Notes under the pieces: generated by a model
Database searches by the model: none
Seen by the model: only the letters and a program-made list of their open reading frames with translations
Told to the model about the DNA's origin: nothing
From: Candidatus Hydrogenedentota bacterium
GTDB lineage: Bacteria > Hydrogenedentota > Hydrogenedentia > Hydrogenedentales > SLHB01
Direction of reading: 5' to 3'
Assembly (NCBI GenBank): GCA_963668025.2
Contig: CAXXTH010000017.1
Coordinates: 320,001 to 384,000 of the forward strand
Length of the DNA: 64,000 nucleotides
Shown here: in pieces, positions 57,711 to 64,000 of the stretch
Position numbering within the stretch: position 1 is the first letter of the stretch
How the letters are laid out: each line of letters begins with the position of its first letter
Translations under genes and position numbers: made by a program

Positions 57711-59174
57711 ATGATTCAAATCCCTCAAATCCTCCTTATTGCGGGCGCGATATTATTAGCGAGCGCCGTGGGCAACAAACTGTCTGAGCGTCTGGGCGTG
57801 CCCACGCTGCTGGTGTTCTTGCTGGTCGGCATTCTCGCTGGTTCAGAGGGTCCTGGAGGCATCTATTTTGATAATCCGGAGATTGCGGCGTTTGTAGGCT
57901 CCATCGCCCTTGTCTTCATCTTGTTCGATGGCGGACTGAGTTCCGATTGGCGGCGCATCCGCCCTGTGCTTGGCCGCGGCATCATGCTGTCTACTGTAGG
58001 CGTGGCGGTGACGGCGCTGGTAATGGCCGTGTTTGCGTGGGCAATTCTGGGTCTCCCGATGGTGGATTCTCTCCTCTTAAGCGCCATTATATCATCGACG
58101 GATGCGCCGGCGGTATTCGCCGTTCTCCGTTCGCGGCGCGTGCGCCTGCAAGGGCAATTGGGCCCATTGCTGGAATTCGAGTCCAGCAGTAATGATCCGA
58201 TGGCCGTGTTTTTGACCATTGGACTGCTCCAATATATTACACTGCCGGAGCATTCATGGCTTCAGATGCTCCTGTCGTTTTCTCTAAGCATGCCGATGGG
58301 CATATTGGCAGGCGTGGGCATGGGCAAGCTCGCTTCTTTGTTATTACGCCGTATACGGCTGGACCATGAAGGCCTTTACCCTGTCCTGAGTGTGGCGTTG
58401 GTTCTATTAACTTACGGAGCCAGCGAATGCGTGCATGGAAATGGGTACTTGGCCGTGTATGTGTGCGGCATTGTGCTGGCTGGAAGCGATTTACCCTTCA
58501 AGAGAAGCTTGGTCCGGTTTCATGATGGTATTGGATGGCTCATGCAGATTGCCATGTTCGTGGTGCTTGGGCTGTTGGTTTTCCCAAGCCATCTCTTGCC
58601 TGTGGCGGGGGCTGGCCTGCTCATGGCGTTAGCGCTGATGTTCGTGGCCCGGCCCGCCGCCGTATTGCCGTTAATGCTGGGCAGTGCTTTTTCATGGCCG
58701 CAGCGCATGCTGGTGGCGTGGGTAGGATTGCGCGGCGCAGTTCCTATTGTGCTCGCCACATTTCCCTATACCGCGGGATACCCACATTCCGATCTCATAT
58801 TCAATGTCATTTTCTTTATCGTGCTGGCCTCTTCGCTGATGCAAGGCAGCACAATCATGCTGGCGGCCAGGCGGCTTCATGTGGACGAAACCCTCGTGAC
58901 TCATCCCCGCTACCCCTTGGAGTTTGACAAGAGCGAGGGCAGCCAAAGTGAAACAAGAGAATTTGAAATCCGCCCCGATTCAGTGGTGGTCGGCAAACAA
59001 ATAGCGGAGCTGAAACTGCCGCAAGACGCTCTTATCTTGTTGGTTCGGCGAGGCGGGCGTTTTGTGGTGCCGAAAGGCTCCACGATACTGGACCCGCTGG
59101 ACAACCTCTTGGTGATTGCCGAATCGGCTTCATTTCGCGCCATCGAAGCAATATTAGGTGAAACACGCGCGTGA
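57711..59174 (+). CDS. K+/H+ antiporter (CvrA/NhaP2) with TrkA-C domain
   Basis: GVPTLLVFL, ILFDGGL, SSTDAPAVF, ES.SNDPMAV and GLRGAVPI motifs. Confidence 0.92.
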   Translation: MIQIPQILLIAGAILLASAVGNKLSERLGVPTLLVFLLVGILAGSEGPGGIYFDNPEIAAFVGSIALVFILFDGGLSSDWRRIRPVLGRGIMLSTVGVAVTALVMAVFAWAILGLPMVDSLLLSAIISSTDAPAVFAVLRSRRVRLQGQLGPLLEFESSSNDPMAVFLTIGLLQYITLPEHSWLQMLLSFSLSMPMGILAGVGMGKLASLLLRRIRLDHEGLYPVLSVALVLLTYGASECVHGNGYLAVYVCGIVLAGSDLPFKRSLVRFHDGIGWLMQIAMFVVLGLLVFPSHLLPVAGAGLLMALALMFVARPAAVLPLMLGSAFSWPQRMLVAWVGLRGAVPIVLATFPYTAGYPHSDLIFNVIFFIVLASSLMQGSTIMLAARRLHVDETLVTHPRYPLEFDKSEGSQSETREFEIRPDSVVVGKQIAELKLPQDALILLVRRGGRFVVPKGSTILDPLDNLLVIAESASFRAIEAILGETRA

Positions 59175-59187
59175 TGCGCCGCCGGAA

Positions 59188-59925
59188 TCAGCCGTTCCGC
59201 ACCCAATCGGGTATTTGGGTGATCTGGGTGATGACCTCCACCCCCGGCGCTTCCAGGCGATGGCGTGATTGGTGGCCTTGTGCGATCAGGACACATTGAA
59301 TGCCCATGGCTTGCGCCACTTCATAGTCATGTAACGTGTCGCCCACGAGCAGCACGCGGCCTGGTTCGAGCCTGGAATGGGCCAGCCATACTTGCCCCAG
59401 CTCGACTTTGCTCGCGGCGTAAAAGTCGCCCAGTCCGAGAATGGGGTCCACATACGCCGCGACGCCAAAATGGCGGACGGCCTCCACGAGTGCGCCGTGC
59501 TGGTGGGCAGAGAGAATGGCCTGGGGGATGCCCCGCCGGCGCAGGGTTTCCAACACATCCAGCGCGCCATCGAACAGCGCCGCTTCGTTCCACACCCGCG
59601 ATGTATACTGGGCCACCCATTCATTTGCGGGGCCTTCGAACGGCTCGCGTTCAAGGTCGAATCCCACGGATTTGTAGTAGTCGACAATCGGAAAGGTGAA
59701 TTTGTCGCGATACTCTTCGATGGCCACTAGCGGAAGACCGCGCTGGCGGCACAAAACGTGCAAAATATCCAGGCACAACGCTACGTCATCGAGTAGCGTG
59801 CCATTCCAGTCCCATAAAATATATTGCCATGCTTGGCGGTTGCGCTCGTTCAATCTGATTCTCGCTCCAGTTCGTCCATACGGCCTTCTTTGTGGAAGAT
59901 ATCTACCGCGCTGACGCTTCGGCAT
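59188..59925 (-). CDS. HAD-family hydrolase
   Basis: WDWNGTLLDD, ILSA and VGDTLHD motifs. Start is uncertain. Confidence 0.88.
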   Translation of the reverse strand: MPKRQRGRYLPQRRPYGRTGARIRLNERNRQAWQYILWDWNGTLLDDVALCLDILHVLCRQRGLPLVAIEEYRDKFTFPIVDYYKSVGFDLEREPFEGPANEWVAQYTSRVWNEAALFDGALDVLETLRRRGIPQAILSAHQHGALVEAVRHFGVAAYVDPILGLGDFYAASKVELGQVWLAHSRLEPGRVLLVGDTLHDYEVAQAMGIQCVLIAQGHQSRHRLEAPGVEVITQITQIPDWVRNG

Positions 59926-59949
59926 GGTTTTATTGTTCGAAATGGATTC

Positions 59950-60429
59950 CTAGAGCACTTTGATAATAGCCCAGGCCGCCACGAGTATTCCGATGCCCAT
60001 GCCGATAAAACACTTCACGCGGTCTTCTGGAGAACCATCGCTCCGCAAACCCTCGATTGCTGTCCATAAGGCGAACGCCGCTGGCAAGAGGCCGATTAAA
60101 ACAAATTTAGTTTTGCCTAAAATCCCTACCACCACCAAACCGAGCAAGGCCGCATAAAGGCTCGTTTTCCATTCCGCCCGGGGCTGGTAACCGCTCACAC
60201 CCAGCGCTTCCGCGCGGATCTCCGGTTTTCTCTGTTCTTCTGGCCGCAGATAAGGCTCTTCCGCTAACGCATCGAAAGCGGTGCTTTCAGTGGCGTTCGC
60301 CTTCGGCTCGGCCGGAAATTGCTGCGCCGCCGCATGGTCGGCCGCTTCGAGGGCGTCCTGCCCCCCCATCAGCGCCTCGAAACTGGTGGATTCGATGGGC
60401 GTGTTGTTCTTCTCTGGGTCTTGGTTCAT
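59950..60429 (-). CDS. Hypothetical membrane protein
   Basis: Acidic N-terminus and about three C-terminal TM segments; AAGGAG RBS. Confidence 0.65.
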   Translation of the reverse strand: MNQDPEKNNTPIESTSFEALMGGQDALEAADHAAAQQFPAEPKANATESTAFDALAEEPYLRPEEQRKPEIRAEALGVSGYQPRAEWKTSLYAALLGLVVVGILGKTKFVLIGLLPAAFALWTAIEGLRSDGSPEDRVKCFIGMGIGILVAAWAIIKVL

Positions 60430-60519
60430 AACCGTATTCTGCTCCTTTTGTTGTTCTGCATAGAGAGGCTGACTCTAACATAGGCGATCCGCGTATGCAA
60501 CGCACGGTGGTCAAGAATC

Positions 60520-62046
60520 TTCAATTCAAACGCCAACTACAACGTCTTGTTTCATGAACACGATGGTGAAGAGGCCGCTTCGCAAATCCAGGCCTTCGAG
60601 GACACTTGGCGCTGGGACCAAACAGCCGCGCGCGCCTATCAGGAAACCGTCGAGGCGGGCGGCCAGCTATCCGAGACGCTTCAGGCGTTCCGCAAGATCG
60701 TCGGCGCTTCGGACATGCTCGCCTATCTCGCCATGATGGCCCCGCGGTTAGCAGAATTAAAACGTGTTCTCAAGCTTACTGGGTCAATATATTTGCATTG
60801 TGACCCTACGGCGAGCCACTACCTCAAACTACTGTTGGATGCGGTATTCGGATCCAAACAATTCCTCAATGAGATTACGTGGAAACGCACGACTTCACAT
60901 AATGACCCGCAACGCTTTGGACGAATAACGGATCGAATACTGTTCTATGCAAAAGGGAAGGCACGAACATTTATCCGCCAGAGTGGCGATTACTCAGAAA
61001 CACAGTTATCTAGATATAAATACGAAGATGGTGGAGGAAAATATCGAGCAGAAAATCTGACCGCTCCTCATTTTTCATCCACCAGGACATGTGAATGGAG
61101 AGGAACCCATCCGGGAAAAAACCGGCAGTGGCGGTTTGGGATAGATGAACTAGAGCGCCTGTACAACGAAGGCCGGATTTTACTTCGCAGCGATGGCTGC
61201 CCCCGCAAAGATGGCTTGAAAGAATACTTGCATGAAGCGCCAGGCCAGGCATTACAGGATCTGTGGGCTGACATCCTCGTCGGTCCAACCTCATCCGAAC
61301 GGCTCGGTTATCCCACGCAGAAGCCTTTGGCTCTCCTGGAACGCATCATCAGTGCATCTTCTTATGAAGGCGATGTCGTCCTTGATCCGTTTTGCGGCTG
61401 TGGCACAGCCATTGACGCCGCGCAAAAATTGGGCCGCCGATGGATCGGTATTGACATCACCCACCTCGCCATCAACCTAATCCGCCACCGCCTGCGCGAC
61501 ACCTACGGCGACGATATCGAATCCTCTTATCATGTCATCGGAGAGCCTGCCTCCGTGCCCGATGCCCGCGTTCTGGCGGAGCAAGATCCGTATCAATTCC
61601 AATGGTGGGCGCTGAGTCTTGTAGGCGCGCGGCCTGTCGAGCAGAAAAAAGGCTCCGACAAAGGTATTGATGGGCGCATCTATTTCCATGAAGGAGATGG
61701 CGAAACCCGCCAAGTGGTGTTATCCGTCAAGGCGGGCAAATCCCAACCCGCGCATGTGCGTGATTTGCTGGGCGTTCTCGAACGGGAGAAAGCCGCCATC
61801 GGCGTGTTGCTCCTCATGCACCCGCCCACCAAGCCCATGCGCGAAGAAGCGGCTACGGCGGGCTTTTACACATCGCCCTGGGGCCAGCATCCCCGGCTGC
61901 AAATCCTTGCCATTTCCGATCTGCTGGAAGGCCGGCGCATCAATATGCCCCGGCTCACGGGTTCCGATAAAACCTACAAAAAAGCCAAAAAACACGTGCA
62001 AAACGGCGGCTCCCAACTGGTGCTCGAAGAGAGCGGCGAATACTGA
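60520..62046 (+). pseudogene. N4/N6 DNA methyltransferase with C-terminal Mrr-like endonuclease domain, 5'-truncated at motif IV
   Basis: Begins FNSNANYNVLF without the preceding DPP. GSIYLHCD, YPTQKP, LDPFCGCGT and DKGIDG...SVK motifs follow. Confidence 0.8.
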
Positions 62047-62160
62047 TACCTTTCGCCTTATCTTGCCCACATTCTTCTCCGCCGTTTTTGGAAATCAACA
62101 CGCCCGCTGATATATGGTATTTCAGCAAACTGACATCAACCATGGAGAAGGGCTTCGAAC

Positions 62161-63234
62161 ATGACACCCAAAGCGCGCGTGTTTGCCACTTTTAATCATC
62201 AGATTCCGGATCGCGTTCCTATCGATTATAGCGCAAATCTTGATATTGACCGGCGGCTGAAAGAACACTTCGGCCTGAAGCCTGATGATTGGGAAGGCCT
62301 GCTGGAAGTTCTCGGTGTGGATTTCCGCGCGATAGGCGCTCCGTACACCGGGCCAAAGCTTCACGCGGACATCCCCGATCGCGGTGTGCAGGTGGATGAT
62401 TGGGGAATTCATACGCGCTGGATCGAGCACCCATCCGGCGGTTATTGGGATTTCTGCGATTTCCCGCTGCGCAACGCCACCGAAGAAGAAGTGGCCAATT
62501 GGCCGCTGCCGAATCCGGATGATTATGACTATAGTGGAATCGCCGATTTGTGCCAGCATCATGGACAATACGCCTGTTTCGTGGGGCATCCAGGAACAGG
62601 CGATATCATCAATTGCAATGGCATGCTGCGCGGCATGGAACAAACGCTGATCGATCTGGTGACGGAAGATCCAGCAGGGCTCTTATTGGCCCGCCGCCGT
62701 ACAGACATCCATCTGAAGATGCTCGAACGGATACTCGATGCCGCCAAGGGCGGTGTGGATTTTATGTGGCTGGGCGAAGACCTCGGCTCGCAAATCGCCC
62801 CCATGATTAGCTTGGATACCTTCCGCGCGCAGATCCGTCCATTGCATCAACAGCTAATAGACCTCGCAAAAAGCTACAATCTCCCGGTAATGATTCATAC
62901 ATGCGGCTCCAGCAGTTGGGCGTATGAAGATTTTATCGAAATGGGGATCAACGTGGTCGATACCCTTCAGCCCGAAGCCGTGAACATGTCGCCGGAATAC
63001 CTCAAGAAGGCCTTCGGCGGGCGGCTCGCATTCCATGGCTGCATCTCGACCGCAGGCCCAGTCGCCACAGGCTCTGTCGAGGAAACCGTGGCCTATTGCC
63101 GGAATACCCTCGATATCATGATGCCTGGCGGCGGGTATTGTTTTACGCCCACACATGCGCTTCAAGACAACTCGCCGACGGAAAATGTCTTGGCCATGTA
63201 TGAGACGGGGAAAACATATGGGACATACCGCTAA
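62161..63234 (+). CDS. Uroporphyrinogen decarboxylase-like (URO-D/MtaA family) protein
   Basis: PDRVP, DDWG, LRGMEQ, GEDLG, HTCG, LQPE and TPTH motifs. Confidence 0.85.
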   Translation: MTPKARVFATFNHQIPDRVPIDYSANLDIDRRLKEHFGLKPDDWEGLLEVLGVDFRAIGAPYTGPKLHADIPDRGVQVDDWGIHTRWIEHPSGGYWDFCDFPLRNATEEEVANWPLPNPDDYDYSGIADLCQHHGQYACFVGHPGTGDIINCNGMLRGMEQTLIDLVTEDPAGLLLARRRTDIHLKMLERILDAAKGGVDFMWLGEDLGSQIAPMISLDTFRAQIRPLHQQLIDLAKSYNLPVMIHTCGSSSWAYEDFIEMGINVVDTLQPEAVNMSPEYLKKAFGGRLAFHGCISTAGPVATGSVEETVAYCRNTLDIMMPGGGYCFTPTHALQDNSPTENVLAMYETGKTYGTYR

Positions 63235-63285
63235 CGCCCCAGGCGTTGGCGATATGCCCCATATTTAAAAACGTGCTATTGGCGC

Positions 63286-64000
63286 TTACAGCAATTCCGC
63301 GATCTGTACGGCGTTGAGAGCGGCGCCTTTTAGCAGGTTATCCGCCACAATCCACATATCGAGCGCGGTCGGGTGCGAGATGTCTTCACGGATGCGCCCT
63401 ACAAAGGTTTCTCCGCGCCCAACGGCATCGATAGCCAGCGGATATAGTTGATTCGCCAGATCGTCTTGGACAATCACGCCAGGAGCCTTGGACAAAATCT
63501 CCCGCGCCTGCTGGGCGGTCAACTTGATCTTAGTCTCGACATTCACGGACTCGCTATGACCCGTATGGACTGGGACGCGGACGGTCGTGGCCGTGACGCG
63601 GATGCTGGCGTCGCCCATGATCTTTTTAGTCTCGTTGACCATTTTCATTTCTTCGGAGGTGTATCCATTCGCTTCAAAGGCATTGCTTTGCGGGATTTGG
63701 GGAATGCAGTTAAACGCGATTGGATGCGGAAACACCACGCATACCGGATGATTTCCATCCAGCACGGCGCGGCTCTGCGCGTCCAGTTCCGCCAACGCCT
63801 TGACGCCCGCTCCCGAAACCGCCTGGTAGGTGGACACAACGACCCGCGTGATCGTCGCGGCGTCATGCAACGGCTTGAGAATCACCACCATTTGAATCGT
63901 CGAGCAATTCGGATTGGCGATGATCCCTTTGTGCTTCGCGATGTCTTGCGGATTCACTTCCGGCACCACAAGGGGCACTTCCGGGTCCATGCGCCATGCG
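63286..64000 (-). CDS. asd: Aspartate-semialdehyde dehydrogenase (5' part outside window)
   Basis: VPLVVPEVN, IIANPNCSTIQ, STYQAVSGAG, RVPV..GHSE and DNLLKGAALNAVQIAE motifs. Confidence 0.97.
   Translation of the reverse strand, partial: AWRMDPEVPLVVPEVNPQDIAKHKGIIANPNCSTIQMVVILKPLHDAATITRVVVSTYQAVSGAGVKALAELDAQSRAVLDGNHPVCVVFPHPIAFNCIPQIPQSNAFEANGYTSEEMKMVNETKKIMGDASIRVTATTVRVPVHTGHSESVNVETKIKLTAQQAREILSKAPGVIVQDDLANQLYPLAIDAVGRGETFVGRIREDISHPTALDMWIVADNLLKGAALNAVQIAELL

Overview
Bacterial chromosomal window, mostly GC-rich. It is probably from Candidatus Hydrogenedentes; this is an inference from a DUF1559 prepilin-type protein with the [17 protein letters not shown] motif and from secreted proteins with a Pro-motif/TM/basic C-terminal tail. 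lpxH indicates a diderm. The window opens with a bacillithiol operon (3' end of bshC, bshB1, bshA). An accessory island (~2.1-18 kb) follows: decayed and nested IS4-family elements, a pseudogenised surface protein, a MYXAN-type type I CRISPR-Cas locus and a phage packaging relic (cos-like site plus terS fragment). The cas locus runs cas6-cas3-cmx8 (with a hidden internal cas11)-cas7-cas5-internally deleted cas4/cas1-cas2, followed by 9 repeats and 8 spacers. The rest holds a full-length GH38 lacking its catalytic residues, two intact IS elements (each with a 9-bp TSD and a DUF6788-like helper ORF), a carbamoyltransferase/SxtJK-like/GT2 cluster, an isolated rplJL operon with an L10-leader attenuator, housekeeping and envelope genes (lpxH, lepB, MscS, cysS, ECF trio, K+/H+ antiporter, asd), a truncated DNA methyltransferase and modular intergenic palindromic repeats. 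The best candidate for a new system is a mirror-symmetric twin promoter/operator cassette. It drives a divergent pair: a C-terminally sorted beta-helix surface protein and a DUF1559 prepilin-type protein. All family assignments come from motif recognition by eye; no database search was run.
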